64,000 nucleotides of DNA from Planctomycetota bacterium (GCA_046290465.1 JBKAGP010000001.1:5856001-5920000), one strand, 5' to 3'. Positions 27,992-38,483 are shown, counted from the stretch's first letter. The notes: generated by a model not told the origin, from the letters alone. Translations and numbers: made by a program.

Positions 27992-28767
27992 AGACGTTCT
28001 CGTTGAAGGGGCGTCGCTGCCTGGTTACCGGCGGTGGTTCGGGCATCGGCGAGGGCATCGCGCACCGGCTGGCCGCCGCCGGCGCGGCCGTGGCGGTGGT
28101 CGGCCGCCGCCGCAAGAACCTCAACCGGGTCGTCAAGGACCTGCAGGCGAACAAGGCGACCGCGGTCGCCGTGACCGGCGACGTCACCGACGAGGCCGGC
28201 ATCCGTCGCGCCGTCGACCGCGCCGCCAAGGCGCTCGGCGGCCTCGACGTGCTGGTCAACAACGCCGGCGTCGGCGGGCCGAACGCGTGTGCGCTCGACG
28301 GCCCAGAGCGCTGGGACGAGGTCGTGCGGCCGAACCTCGACGGCGCGTTCTTCACGTCGCGGGCGGCGCTGAAGCACCTTCCCGACGGCGGCCGCATCGT
28401 CAACATCAGCTCGGTGCTCGGTCGCTTCGGCGTGCCGGGCTACACGGCCTACTGCGCCAGCAAGCACGGCGTCATCGGCCTGACCAAGGCGCTGGCGCTC
28501 GAGCTCGCGCCGCGCGAGATCACCGTCAACGCGATCTGCCCCGGCTGGGTCGATACCGACATGGCGACCGACGGCCTGCAGCTGATGGCCGACGGCATGG
28601 GCATCGAGCTGGACGAGGCGCGGCGCCAGGCGATGGCGATGGTGCCACTGGGGCGCATCCTGCAGCCGGACGAGATCGGCGACCTGGTCATCTACCTCGC
28701 GTCGAAGGCGGCGCGCGGCATGACCGGCCAGGCGATCAGCCACTGCGGCGGCCAGGTCATGTGGTAG
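27988..28767 (+). CDS. Short-chain dehydrogenase/reductase
   Basis: TGGGSGIG, NNAG, YCASK and ICPGWVDTDM. Confidence 0.95.
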   Translation: MKTFSLKGRRCLVTGGGSGIGEGIAHRLAAAGAAVAVVGRRRKNLNRVVKDLQANKATAVAVTGDVTDEAGIRRAVDRAAKALGGLDVLVNNAGVGGPNACALDGPERWDEVVRPNLDGAFFTSRAALKHLPDGGRIVNISSVLGRFGVPGYTAYCASKHGVIGLTKALALELAPREITVNAICPGWVDTDMATDGLQLMADGMGIELDEARRQAMAMVPLGRILQPDEIGDLVIYLASKAARGMTGQAISHCGGQVMW

Positions 28768-28898
28768 CGCGAGCTGCCCGAATCGAGACTGCGACGATGG
28801 CATCGGCCGAACGCCGCCGAGGCGTTCGCCGACCGGTCGGCCTCTGATTCGCTGCAGGGTAGCCTTGCTCGCCGGGCTCCTGCCTCGGCACCAAGCCC

Positions 28899-29873
28899 AT
28901 GCGCCCTGCCGAGATCCTCTGCCTCGCCGCGTTCGCCGCCCTCGCCGGCTGTGCGTCGACGCCACCGTCCGTCGCGGACGAGTGGCGCGCCGACCAGCGT
29001 GCGCGGCTGTTGCGCGAGCACCGTGCCCGGTCGCTCGACGACGCGCTCATGGAGGTGATCGCGCGGGCCCCCTCTCCCTCCCGTCGTCCTGCGAGCCAGC
29101 AGGACCCCGAGCCCAAGAAGCTCGACCAACGCCTGCCGCAGCGGCAGGGGCACGGTCGGCGGTCGTTCCGCCACACGTGGCAGCCGCTGCAGGCGACGGT
29201 CGACGTGGGCGCGGGCAACGTCATGGCGCGCGCGAACGGAACCCGTCTGAATGACCGCACCGACGCGGTGTTCGCGCGCGCCCGGATCGACACCGGTACC
29301 GGCGCCGCCCTGCATGCCGAGTACTGGGGCAGCGATCCCGAGCTGTTCCGCGGCTCGATGATCAACGACGGCGTCGCGCCCCGCATGGCCGACGCCGAAC
29401 TGTCGGGGTTCGACGTGTTCCCGCACGTCCGCTTCGACTGGCAGCCGGCCGAGCACTGGACCGTGCCGGTGCGGGTCGGCGCGTTCCTCGACTGGCAGCA
29501 GCTCGACCACCAGGCGGCGCGCGTCGAGCGCGAGTGGCTGTCGGTGGGGCCGAGGCTGGTGCTGGAGCCGACCTACCATGTGCTGCACGACGAACGCGCT
29601 TCGCTGCAGCTGTTCGGCCGCGTCGCCGGCGACGTCGGCCCGGCGTGGTTCGCCGAGGAGTTCGTCAACGGCGACGACCGCGACGTGACCGCGCGGTGGG
29701 CCGGCGAGGTCGGCTGTGGCGTGCGCGGCGTCTTCGGCGCGATGCACGCCGAGGTCGGCTACCGGCTGCAGCACGTGACGTTCGGCAGCAGCCAGGGCGA
29801 TCTGTTCGGCTCGCCCTCGCGGACCGAGCTGCAGCGCCAGCAGCTGTTCGTCGGCTTCGGCCTGACCTACTGA
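28899..29873 (+). CDS. Putative outer-membrane beta-barrel protein with lipoprotein signal
   Basis: Lipobox LAGC; amphipathic strands; C-terminal FVGFGLTY beta-signal. Confidence 0.65.
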   Translation: MRPAEILCLAAFAALAGCASTPPSVADEWRADQRARLLREHRARSLDDALMEVIARAPSPSRRPASQQDPEPKKLDQRLPQRQGHGRRSFRHTWQPLQATVDVGAGNVMARANGTRLNDRTDAVFARARIDTGTGAALHAEYWGSDPELFRGSMINDGVAPRMADAELSGFDVFPHVRFDWQPAEHWTVPVRVGAFLDWQQLDHQAARVEREWLSVGPRLVLEPTYHVLHDERASLQLFGRVAGDVGPAWFAEEFVNGDDRDVTARWAGEVGCGVRGVFGAMHAEVGYRLQHVTFGSSQGDLFGSPSRTELQRQQLFVGFGLTY

Positions 29874-29892
29874 GCGCGGCGTCGGTGGTGGA

Positions 29893-29951
29893 CGGGCGCC
29901 GGCTCGATCTGGCCGGCGCCCGGTTCCAGCAGCTGCGGCGACCGCAGCTGC
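29893..29951. terminator. Twin GC-rich hairpins between convergent genes
   Basis: 11-bp stem 29893-29903/29912-29922 and 10-bp stem 29929-29938/29942-29951; no U-tract. Confidence 0.5.
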
Positions 29952-29958
29952 GGCCAAC

Positions 29959-32640
29959 CTAGTTGCGGATCAGCGCGCGGCCGCCGTCCGACGAGACGAA
30001 GCCGAGCGCGTTGGCCGCGGGATCCCACAGGTACCACTGGTGGAAGATCTCGAGGCCGAGCAGCGAGCCCTGGTTGGGCACGGTGATCGGACGCTGCGCG
30101 ACGCCGGCGACGTTGGTCGTCGTCGCCTCGAGCACCTCGGCCGAGACCAGCAGGTCACAGTTGGGCGCGCCAGGGATCGCGAGCGGCAGCGGCTGGCCCT
30201 GCGAGAACTGGTCGCTGAGGCCGGACGCCAGCACCGCGAACGTCGACGGCGGGGCGCTGACGACGCTCGGCTGGTAGGTCACGCCGAGCTGCGGGGTGCC
30301 GATCACGCCCATCTTCGGGATCACGAAGTTGTTGGCGTTCTGGCAGGTGACGATCCACGACGGCCGCTGGATCAGGCCCGACTGGCTCCAGTTCGGCGTG
30401 CCGTTGGCGGGGTCGCGCCAGAAGCCGACGCCGGTGGCGCCGCTGGTCAGCGTGTTGAGGTAGACGTTGTTGCTCGACGTGTTGAAGCCGAGGTAGTAGG
30501 TGCCGGTGACCAGCACCGGCTGCGCGAACGTCGCCGTGTAGAAGCCGGGCGTCGCGCTGACCACGACGGTCGTGTTGGCGACCGGGGTGGCGGCGGGCTC
30601 GCCGTTGTCGTCAAGGTAGATGCTGGCCGGGACCGTGACGTTGCCGCCAGTGGTGCCGGTGTAGATCTGGAAGCCGGTGACCTCGTAGGTCGCCTGGTTC
30701 ACCACCTGGTAGCAGTAGTCGTTGTCGCGGAGCGTGTTCGACAGCGTGCCGCCCGAGCCGTTGCGCACCGGGCAGTTGACCGCCGGCGCCGGGATCGAGC
30801 TCTCGCAGCCGGCGCCGAACGGCGCGAACGCCGGGACCTCCGGGTAGGGGATGCCCTTCTGGATCGAGGCGGCCTCGAGCTCCGAGTAGTGCGGCGTGCC
30901 GTTGAGCAGGTTGCCGTCGTCGTCGTCGGCGATGAACACCTCGAGCACCGCGTTCTCGCGGGTGGTGGCGTCGGCGACGATCGAGCCGAGCACGACGTCC
31001 TCCGAGATCTGGATCGCGGCGGCGGTGCCGACCGACGAGCGCAGCGCCTCGCGGAAGCGCCAGGCCCAGCCCATCCAGACCTCGCCGGCGCCGTGCGGCG
31101 ACACGCCCGACGTGTACGGCCAGACGCGGTTGTTGTTGCCGTTGCGGATGCCCTGGCCGGGGCTCTGGAAGCCGCTGCCGAGGATCGGGCTGTCGACCTG
31201 GTACATCCCGATGATGTCGCCCCAGCCCTCGCTCAGGCCTTCGGCGACCGAGTTCGCGATGCCGCCGTAGCGGTCGTCGAGGCCGTGGCCCCACTCGTGC
31301 GCGACGACCGTCGAGAACGCGGTGTTCGAGCAGCCGCCGCCGGCCTGGTAGTAGTTGGTGTTGTTGCCGCCGTAGGTGGCGTTGCAGGTGTTGTTGATGT
31401 TGACGTTGATGCCGACGTTGTCGGCGGTGTTGAGCTGCGACGTGTTGCCGAGGATCGAACGCGCCCACTCGTTGCTGCGGTCGGTCCAGTAGCTCGCCGT
31501 GGTGTGCGCGGCCTGCGCCGTCGACGCCGTCGACGACAGCAGCTGGATCGTCGCGTTGATACCCGGCTGCACCGTGACGCTGCCGCTCGGGGCGCTGCTG
31601 CCGCTGACCTGCGCGTGGTGGCGGCCGTTGAGGCCGTTGATCGTGATCGTCACCGGCGCGTTGATGTCGATGACGAACTCACCGTTGTCGTCGGTCTCGA
31701 CCGCGCCGACGCCGGGCACCGACAGCTCGAGGCCGGGGAACGGGATGTTCTGCAGGCCGCTGAACGCGTCCGCGCCGGTGCGCGTCCACGCCATCACGGT
31801 GACCGTCGTCGGGATCGGCGCGGCCGGGTTCTCGACGACGCTCGGCGCCTCGATCAGCGTGACGCTCGGGCCGTCGACCTCGGGTCGGACCGGCTGGTAG
31901 CTGCAGCTGGACAGGCCGCAGTCGTGCTTGTCGTTCTGGAAGTGCAGCACGCGGCCGGTCTGCGCGTCGACGTAGTAGCGACCGAACTTGCCGGTGTCGC
32001 CGCCGTCGATCTGGTGCACCGCGACCTCCCAGGCGAGGAAGAACGGCGCCAGCTGCGGGCTGGTGGTGTCGCCCCAGATGACCAGCCGCGGGGCCGGTGC
32101 GTTGCCGTTCGGCTCGCCGCCGAGCGCGTCCCACGCGGTCGCCTGCGCGACCTCGGAGGGGATCGTCGGGATCGTGTTGAAGTTGGCCGGGATCGGCCAG
32201 GCGCGGCTGCCCATCATCGCGACGACGCCGCTCATGTTGATGCGCACGTCGGCGCGGCCTTCGATCACCGGGACGCCCTGGAAGACCTGGTCGAACGTGA
32301 ACGACCAGGTGCGGCCCATGCGCGCGCCGATGATCTCCTGGAACGTCGAAGTGCCGAGGCCGAGCACGTCGGCGTGGTCGCGGAGCACGCGGTTGGCGTG
32401 CACGCGCGCCGCTTCGAGCGAGTTGCGGCCCCAGTCTTCGATCTTCAGGCCGGTGCCGTAGATCGTGCCGGGGGTGCCGGTGGCCGGATGCCACTTGACG
32501 ATCCAGCGGCCGCCCTGGGCCTGCTCGAATCGTTCGAAGACGGCCTTGCTCGTCAGCGGGGTGGTGGCGGGGGACTGCTCGTCTTGCGCGAGCAGGGAAG
32601 GTACGGCGAGGTACAGACTCGCCAGTGCGAGGTATCGCAT
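29959..32640 (-). CDS. Secreted zinc metallopeptidase (M4/M36-like) with propeptide and shared C-terminal domain
   Basis: Signal peptide, FTP/PepSY-like pro-region (YVDAQTGRVL), HEWGH plus SEGWGD. Confidence 0.85.
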   Translation of the reverse strand: MRYLALASLYLAVPSLLAQDEQSPATTPLTSKAVFERFEQAQGGRWIVKWHPATGTPGTIYGTGLKIEDWGRNSLEAARVHANRVLRDHADVLGLGTSTFQEIIGARMGRTWSFTFDQVFQGVPVIEGRADVRINMSGVVAMMGSRAWPIPANFNTIPTIPSEVAQATAWDALGGEPNGNAPAPRLVIWGDTTSPQLAPFFLAWEVAVHQIDGGDTGKFGRYYVDAQTGRVLHFQNDKHDCGLSSCSYQPVRPEVDGPSVTLIEAPSVVENPAAPIPTTVTVMAWTRTGADAFSGLQNIPFPGLELSVPGVGAVETDDNGEFVIDINAPVTITINGLNGRHHAQVSGSSAPSGSVTVQPGINATIQLLSSTASTAQAAHTTASYWTDRSNEWARSILGNTSQLNTADNVGINVNINNTCNATYGGNNTNYYQAGGGCSNTAFSTVVAHEWGHGLDDRYGGIANSVAEGLSEGWGDIIGMYQVDSPILGSGFQSPGQGIRNGNNNRVWPYTSGVSPHGAGEVWMGWAWRFREALRSSVGTAAAIQISEDVVLGSIVADATTRENAVLEVFIADDDDGNLLNGTPHYSELEAASIQKGIPYPEVPAFAPFGAGCESSIPAPAVNCPVRNGSGGTLSNTLRDNDYCYQVVNQATYEVTGFQIYTGTTGGNVTVPASIYLDDNGEPAATPVANTTVVVSATPGFYTATFAQPVLVTGTYYLGFNTSSNNVYLNTLTSGATGVGFWRDPANGTPNWSQSGLIQRPSWIVTCQNANNFVIPKMGVIGTPQLGVTYQPSVVSAPPSTFAVLASGLSDQFSQGQPLPLAIPGAPNCDLLVSAEVLEATTTNVAGVAQRPITVPNQGSLLGLEIFHQWYLWDPAANALGFVSSDGGRALIRN

Positions 32641-32799
32641 AGAACCAGTGACCTGAGGGGCGGGCGCTGGAACCGTGTCACCGAAGGGACCCGGTCGGTG
32701 GGTCGACCGTGGGGAACGGTCGGGGGGAGAGGAGCAGGGATACGCAGTATCGCCTCCAAGCGTAGCACGTGCAACGTGCCCGGGCGGCGCGGGTCCACC

Positions 32800-33600
32800 T
32801 CAGGCGAGCAGTTCCATCACCCGCCCGCGGTTGCCGTCGGCGATGCGTTGTCCCGCAAGCGTCAGGTCCGACAGGATGCGCGCCCGCGTGCTCTCGGCGA
32901 CCTCACGGGCGACGTCGACGTCCTCGATGCGGGCCCGCGCCTCCTCGGCGTGGATGCGTTCGGTCGCCAGCTGCTGCTCCTGCCGGGAGAACGTGTTGTC
33001 GAGCGCGCCGAGCTGTGCGCGCTGGTTGGACAGCCGGTCCTGAGCGGCGTCGAGCGCGGCGATCGAGCCCGGGTCCGACACGTCGAGTCCCTGCACGCCG
33101 AGCGCGGCCGCGCCGGCGTCGGCGATCTCGACGTCGGTGTCGCCGCCGTCGCCGTCGGTGATGCGGATCGCTCCCGCACCCTGGACCGATCCGTCGAGCA
33201 GGTTGCGCCCGCCGAAGTTCGCGCCGCGCGCGGTCTGGTCGAGCTGCGCGGCGAGCTGGTCGTACTCCTGCTGGATCACGTCGCGGTCGGCAGCCGACAG
33301 CGTGCCGTTCTGGGCCTGGATGCCGAGTTCGCGCATCCGACCGATGGTGTCCTGGCTGGTCTGCAGCGACGCTTCCGCGGTGCGCACCAGGCTGCGCCCG
33401 TCGGCGAGGTTGCGCTCGCCCTGCGCGTTGCCGCGCACCGCGGCTTCGAGCCGCTTGCTGATCGCGAGGCCGGCGCTGTCATCGGCGGCGCGCACGATGC
33501 GGCGGCCGGCGGCCAGCCGCTCACGCGTGCGCTCCTGCAGCGCTTCGAGCTGCTCGCGGTAGCGTTGCTGGTAGTCGGTGCGCTGGATCGAAAGGGTCAT
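32800..33600 (-). CDS. fliC: Short flagellin-family protein (266 aa)
   Basis: RIVRAADDSAGLAIS, RMRELGIQAQNGT, NFGGRNLLDG, RAQLGALDN and ARIEDVDVARE; SD GAGGAG. Confidence 0.85.
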   Translation of the reverse strand: MTLSIQRTDYQQRYREQLEALQERTRERLAAGRRIVRAADDSAGLAISKRLEAAVRGNAQGERNLADGRSLVRTAEASLQTSQDTIGRMRELGIQAQNGTLSAADRDVIQQEYDQLAAQLDQTARGANFGGRNLLDGSVQGAGAIRITDGDGGDTDVEIADAGAAALGVQGLDVSDPGSIAALDAAQDRLSNQRAQLGALDNTFSRQEQQLATERIHAEEARARIEDVDVAREVAESTRARILSDLTLAGQRIADGNRGRVMELLA

Positions 33601-33644
33601 CGGCGTCGCTGCTCCTCGCCGGGTGTGCTGCCGGCCACTGCACG

Positions 33645-33672
33645 AAATCGGCACATCTCAGCGGGCCCTTGA
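33645..33672 (-). promoter_or_regulatory. sigma28/FliA-like promoter of the flagellin gene
   Basis: Minus strand TCAAG-N15-GCCGATTT compared with consensus TAAA-N15-GCCGATAA. Confidence 0.7.
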
Positions 33673-33713
33673 TCGAGGCGTCCCGGTCTGGGATCGGGGT
33701 AGCATTCGTCGCC

Positions 33714-35705
33714 ATGATCCGACCTCTCGCCCTCGTCGGTGCGCTTTGCGCGCTCGCCACCGCCCAGTCGCCGCTCGAGACGACGTTCCCGCCGCTGGCT
33801 GGCCAGAACCAGTTCGTGGTGACCAACACCCCGACCCCGATCACCGGCCTGTTCGACCTGACGGTGACCGAACCGCAGGGCGTCGTGCTGACGTCGGTCG
33901 ACCTGCAGATCAACACCACGCACGGCACCAACGGCCAGTTCGCGGTGTGGCTGACCGCGCCCGGCAGCAGCCACGTCGGCAACGAGCAGAACCCGGCGGC
34001 GTGGACGCTCGCGTCGACCGCAGCGCTGGTCCACAACGGCGGCCGGGTCACCTTCCAGCTGCAGACGCCGATCGCGCTCGGGCCGGCGACCTACGGGGTC
34101 GCGTTCCACATGATCGAGGCCAACCCGGCCTACTGGGGCGGTGCGACCTCGGGCACGCTGCCGCCGACCTACGCCAACAACGAGCTGACGATCGACCTGA
34201 GCGCGGGCCGCATGCGCACGTCGGACGCGCTCGACCCGTTCGCCGTCGGTGGCAACGGCTTCTCGCCGCGGCAGATGTCGATGGGCCTCGCCTACACGGT
34301 CGGCTCGACCAGCGTCGACTTCTCGTCGGACGTCACCGGCGGCGGCTCGCCGCTGGCGGTGCAGTTCACGTCGATCGCGACGTCGGGCGCGCCGGGCGGG
34401 ATCCTCGCCTACATCTGGGACTTCGACGGCGACAACAACCCGGACTCGACGGCGCCCAACCCGACGCACACCTACACGCAGTGCGGCACCTACACGGTCA
34501 GCCTGTCGATCGTCGACGCGACCGGCACGTTCACCGAGACCAAGGTCGACTACATCGTCACCGACGTGGTCACGCCGTCCTTCACCAACGAACTGATCGC
34601 GCCGGGCGTGGTGCAGTTCACCGATACGTCGACGCCGACGCCGACCAGCTGGGACTGGGACCTCGACGGCGACGGGCTGGTCGACTCCAACCTGCAGAAC
34701 CCGACCTTCACCTACCCCAACCTCTGTGACGAGATCACCGTGTCGTTGACGGCGACGCGGCTGTGCCAGCCGCCGGTGACGGTGACGCGCACGATCGCCG
34801 CGGCCTCGACGGTCGAGACGACGTTCCAGGGCGGCCTGATCACCGCCACCGGGGCGACCGGCGCGGCCAACTACTTCGACGTCGCGGTGCAGAACCCGTT
34901 CGGCGTGACGCTGTGCGGCATGCACGTCAACACCGGCCTCGCCGCCGGCACGCCGCTGACGGTCAACCTCTACCAGACCGAGACGAGCTACGTCGGCAAG
35001 ACCGACGACGCGACGCAGTGGCGCCTGATCGCCAGCGAGACCGTCAACGCGGTCGGAGGCGCGCGCACGTTCGTGCCGTTCGGTGCGCCGGTGCACCTCG
35101 CCACCGGCAGCTTCGGCCTGTGCATGGAGCACGTCGGGGCGTCGCCGACCTACACCAACCTCGGCGGTCCGCTGGTGGTCGGCAACGCCGACCTGACGCT
35201 GACCGCGGGCCTGACCCAGGCCGAGCCGGTGTTCGACCCGCTGTCGACGACCTGGTCGCCGCGCGTCGCCAACGTCGCGCTGCACTACTCGACGACCCAG
35301 TCCAACAGCACCGCCGGTTACGGCTACGTGGGCTCGGGCTGCGCCGGCACGCTCGGCGTGCCGACCAACGTGTCGACGACGCAGCCGGTGCTCGGTGGCC
35401 AGGCGACGATCACGATCGACAACCTGCCGACCAACATCGGCGTCATGCTGCTCGGCATCGCCCGCAGCACGCCGCCGCTCGACCTCGGCTTCCTCGGCAT
35501 GCCCGGCTGTCCGCTGCACCACAGCGGCGACGTGCTGCAGACGATCGTCGGTGCGGCGAACACCGCGGTGTTCCCGTTCCCGGTGCCGAACAACGTCGTG
35601 TTCATCGGCTCGCAGTTCTACACGCAGGCGGCCAGCCTGGACCCGGGCGTCAACCAGCTCGGCCTGGCGCTGTCGGACGCGGCGGTGATGCTCGTTGGGC
35701 AGTAG
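33714..35705 (+). CDS. Secreted PKD-domain protein with duplicated beta domain and shared C-terminal domain
   Basis: Signal peptide; two PKD motifs (WDFDGD..NPTHTY, WDLDGDG..NPTFTY); two ETTF...FD domains. Confidence 0.85.
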   Translation: MIRPLALVGALCALATAQSPLETTFPPLAGQNQFVVTNTPTPITGLFDLTVTEPQGVVLTSVDLQINTTHGTNGQFAVWLTAPGSSHVGNEQNPAAWTLASTAALVHNGGRVTFQLQTPIALGPATYGVAFHMIEANPAYWGGATSGTLPPTYANNELTIDLSAGRMRTSDALDPFAVGGNGFSPRQMSMGLAYTVGSTSVDFSSDVTGGGSPLAVQFTSIATSGAPGGILAYIWDFDGDNNPDSTAPNPTHTYTQCGTYTVSLSIVDATGTFTETKVDYIVTDVVTPSFTNELIAPGVVQFTDTSTPTPTSWDWDLDGDGLVDSNLQNPTFTYPNLCDEITVSLTATRLCQPPVTVTRTIAAASTVETTFQGGLITATGATGAANYFDVAVQNPFGVTLCGMHVNTGLAAGTPLTVNLYQTETSYVGKTDDATQWRLIASETVNAVGGARTFVPFGAPVHLATGSFGLCMEHVGASPTYTNLGGPLVVGNADLTLTAGLTQAEPVFDPLSTTWSPRVANVALHYSTTQSNSTAGYGYVGSGCAGTLGVPTNVSTTQPVLGGQATITIDNLPTNIGVMLLGIARSTPPLDLGFLGMPGCPLHHSGDVLQTIVGAANTAVFPFPVPNNVVFIGSQFYTQAASLDPGVNQLGLALSDAAVMLVGQ

Positions 35706-35720
35706 CGTAGAGTGCGCGGC

Positions 35721-38483
35721 ATGCGTGCTCCGCTGCCCGTGCTGTCCTGCCTGCTGCTGTGCCTGCTGACCTGGCTGTCGGGGGCCGCCCCCCTGACGGC
35801 GCAGGTTCCCGACCCCACGCCGTCGACGCCGTTCGAGATGGCGCCGGGGGTCCGCTACGACCCGGCCATCCCGACGCTCGACGCGGTCACCGGCCACGCG
35901 TGGGGGACCGAGATCTCGGCGCACCGCGACGTCGAGGACTACATCCGTGCGCTGCAGCGGGCGGCGCCCGACCGGGTCGAGATCGTCGGCTACGGTGAGA
36001 CCTGGCAGGGACGTTCGCTCTACTACGTCGTCGTCAGCAGCCGCGAGAACCACCGGCAGCTGCCCCGGATCCGGGCCGGCATGCAGCAGCTGGCCGACCC
36101 GCGAACGGTCGAGCCCGACCAGGTCGACCGGCTGCTCTGCGATCTGCCGGCCGTTGGCTGGCTCGCCAACTGCGTGCACGGCGACGAGCCGTCGGGGACC
36201 GACGCGGCGCTCTACGTGCTCTACCACCTGCTGGCGGCGCAGAACGATCCGATGGTCGAGCAGATCCTCGAACACTGCGTCGTGCTGGTCGACCCGCTGC
36301 AGAACCCGGACGGCCGCGACCGCTTCGTGTTCTACACGCGTGGGGCGCGCGGCCGCTGGGCGGACCCGACCCCGACCGCGGCCGAGCACAGCCAGCCGTG
36401 GCCGAGCGGTCGCACCAACCACGCGCTGTTCGACATGAACCGCGACTGGTTCGCGATGACGCAGCCGGAGACCGAGGGGCGGGTGCGCGCGTTCCTCGAC
36501 TGGTGGCCGTTGGTCTACGTCGACCTGCACGAGATGGGCGGCAACTCGACCTACTACTTCCCGCCGCCGGCGTCGCCGGTCAACGAGTCGATCACCGCCG
36601 AGCAGCGCGCGTGGCTGCGTCGCTACGGCAAGAACAACGCGCGCTGGTTCGACCGCTTCGGCTTCGACTACTTCACGCGCGAGGCCTACGACGCGTTCTA
36701 TCCCGGCTACGGCGACAGCTGGCCGATGGCGCACGGCAGCATCGGCATGACGTTCGAGATGGCGAGCGCGCGCGGGCTGGTCTACCGGCGCACCGACGAG
36801 GGCCTGCTGCGCTACCGCGACGGCGTGCGGCGGCACTTCGTCGCGTCGATGGCGACGCTCGAGACGCTGGCCAACAACCGCCTCGAGGCGCAGCGCGCGT
36901 TCGTCGCGCACCGGCGCCGGGGCATGCAGCTCGGTCGCACCCACGACGTGTTCGAGTACGTGCTGCCGGCGCGTGGCGACCGCACGCGGCTGGCGCGGCT
37001 GGCCAACCTGCTGCTGCGGCAGGGCGTCGAGGTGCACCGGGCGACCACGCAGCTGGTCAGCTCCGCGGCGGTGCGCACCGGCGAACTGCCGCACGCGCGG
37101 CACACGTTCCCGGCGGGCTCGTTCGTGGTCCGCATGGCGCAGCCCGCCAGCACGCTGGCGCACCTGCTGCTGCAGCCGCACTTCGACATGGAGAGCGGGT
37201 TCCTGCGCGAGCAGCAGCTGCGCAAGGCGCGCCGGCAGCGCGGCCAGTTCTACGACCTGACGGCGTGGTCCCTGCCGCTGCTGTTCGGCGTCGAGTGCTT
37301 CGCGTCGGCCGGGCCGTGCACCGGCGAGGTCGAGCGTCTGCGCCCCGGCCAGGCGACGTCCGGTGCGCCGGCGCTGCGCGAGCGGCCGCCCGAGGTCGCC
37401 TACGTGGTGTCGTGGGGACAGAACGGCGCGGCCGCGATGCTGGTCGACCTGCTGCGCGCCGGCGCCAAGGTCAAGTGCATCGACCGACCGTTCACGCTCG
37501 CCGAACGGTCGTTCCCGGCCGGTTCGTTCGTGGTGCGCGTGCACGCGCAGCCCGAGGCGCTGCGCGCCGGCCTGCACGCTCAGATGCGGCAGCTGGCCCG
37601 AACGCACGGCGTGACCCCGATGTGTGCCGACAGTTCCTGGATCGAGGACGGGCCGAGCTTCGGGACGCGCGAAGGCCACCTGCTGCGCGCGCCGCGCGTC
37701 GCGATGGCCTGGGACGAGCCGGTCAACACCTACTCGGCCGGCTGGCTGCGCTACCTGCTCGAGCAGCGCTACGGCCTGCCGGTGACGGCGCTGCGCACGC
37801 GCGACCTGACGCGCACCGACCTCGACCGGTTCACGGTGCTGGTGCTGCCCGAGGGCCGCTACCAGGGGGAGCTGCAGGGGGCCGGCTGCAAGGCGATCCA
37901 GGGCTTCGTGCGGCGCGGCGGCGTGCTGGTGACGCTCGGCTCGGCGACCCGCTGGCTGTCGGGCAAGGACGTCGGCCTGCTCGCGACCGGCGCCGAGCCG
38001 CGCGACCGGCCGAAGGGGCCGTCGAAGGAGGGCGGCGCCGAGAAGGGAGCGAAGCAGGGCGGCGAACGGCAGCGCGATGCCGAGGCTGCGTTCGACTACG
38101 ACGCCGCGGTGCGTCCCGACGAGGAGGCACCGCCGTCGACGCCGGGCGCGATCCTGCGCGTCACCGTCGACGACCGCCACTGGCTCGGCTTCGGCTACGA
38201 CGGCGAGGCCAGCGTCGTGCACGACAGCTCGCACATCCTGACGCCGATCAAGCTCGACCGCGGCACCAACGTGGTGCGCTACGCCGACGAACTGCTGCTG
38301 CTGCGCGCCGGCTTCCTGTGGGACGAGAACCGCAAGCAGCTGCCGGAGAAGGCCTACCTGGTGCACCAGCCGCACGGCCGTGGCCACGTGGTCGCGTTCG
38401 CCGAGGACCCCAACGTGCGGGCCTTCGCCGACGGCCTCAACCTGCTGCTGATGAACGCCGTGCTGCTGACCGCGGGCCGCTGA
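35721..38483 (+). CDS. Secreted M14 zinc carboxypeptidase family protein
   Basis: VHGDE, NPDGRDR, DMNRDW and DLHEMG motifs; signal peptide. Confidence 0.9.
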   Translation: MRAPLPVLSCLLLCLLTWLSGAAPLTAQVPDPTPSTPFEMAPGVRYDPAIPTLDAVTGHAWGTEISAHRDVEDYIRALQRAAPDRVEIVGYGETWQGRSLYYVVVSSRENHRQLPRIRAGMQQLADPRTVEPDQVDRLLCDLPAVGWLANCVHGDEPSGTDAALYVLYHLLAAQNDPMVEQILEHCVVLVDPLQNPDGRDRFVFYTRGARGRWADPTPTAAEHSQPWPSGRTNHALFDMNRDWFAMTQPETEGRVRAFLDWWPLVYVDLHEMGGNSTYYFPPPASPVNESITAEQRAWLRRYGKNNARWFDRFGFDYFTREAYDAFYPGYGDSWPMAHGSIGMTFEMASARGLVYRRTDEGLLRYRDGVRRHFVASMATLETLANNRLEAQRAFVAHRRRGMQLGRTHDVFEYVLPARGDRTRLARLANLLLRQGVEVHRATTQLVSSAAVRTGELPHARHTFPAGSFVVRMAQPASTLAHLLLQPHFDMESGFLREQQLRKARRQRGQFYDLTAWSLPLLFGVECFASAGPCTGEVERLRPGQATSGAPALRERPPEVAYVVSWGQNGAAAMLVDLLRAGAKVKCIDRPFTLAERSFPAGSFVVRVHAQPEALRAGLHAQMRQLARTHGVTPMCADSSWIEDGPSFGTREGHLLRAPRVAMAWDEPVNTYSAGWLRYLLEQRYGLPVTALRTRDLTRTDLDRFTVLVLPEGRYQGELQGAGCKAIQGFVRRGGVLVTLGSATRWLSGKDVGLLATGAEPRDRPKGPSKEGGAEKGAKQGGERQRDAEAAFDYDAAVRPDEEAPPSTPGAILRVTVDDRHWLGFGYDGEASVVHDSSHILTPIKLDRGTNVVRYADELLLLRAGFLWDENRKQLPEKAYLVHQPHGRGHVVAFAEDPNVRAFADGLNLLLMNAVLLTAGR

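Noticed and set aside
30040..38387. Very long ORFs 30040-33672 (+) and 33597-38387 (-)
   Set aside because: Antisense shadows of well-supported genes; high GC3 suppresses stop codons and the translations have no motifs
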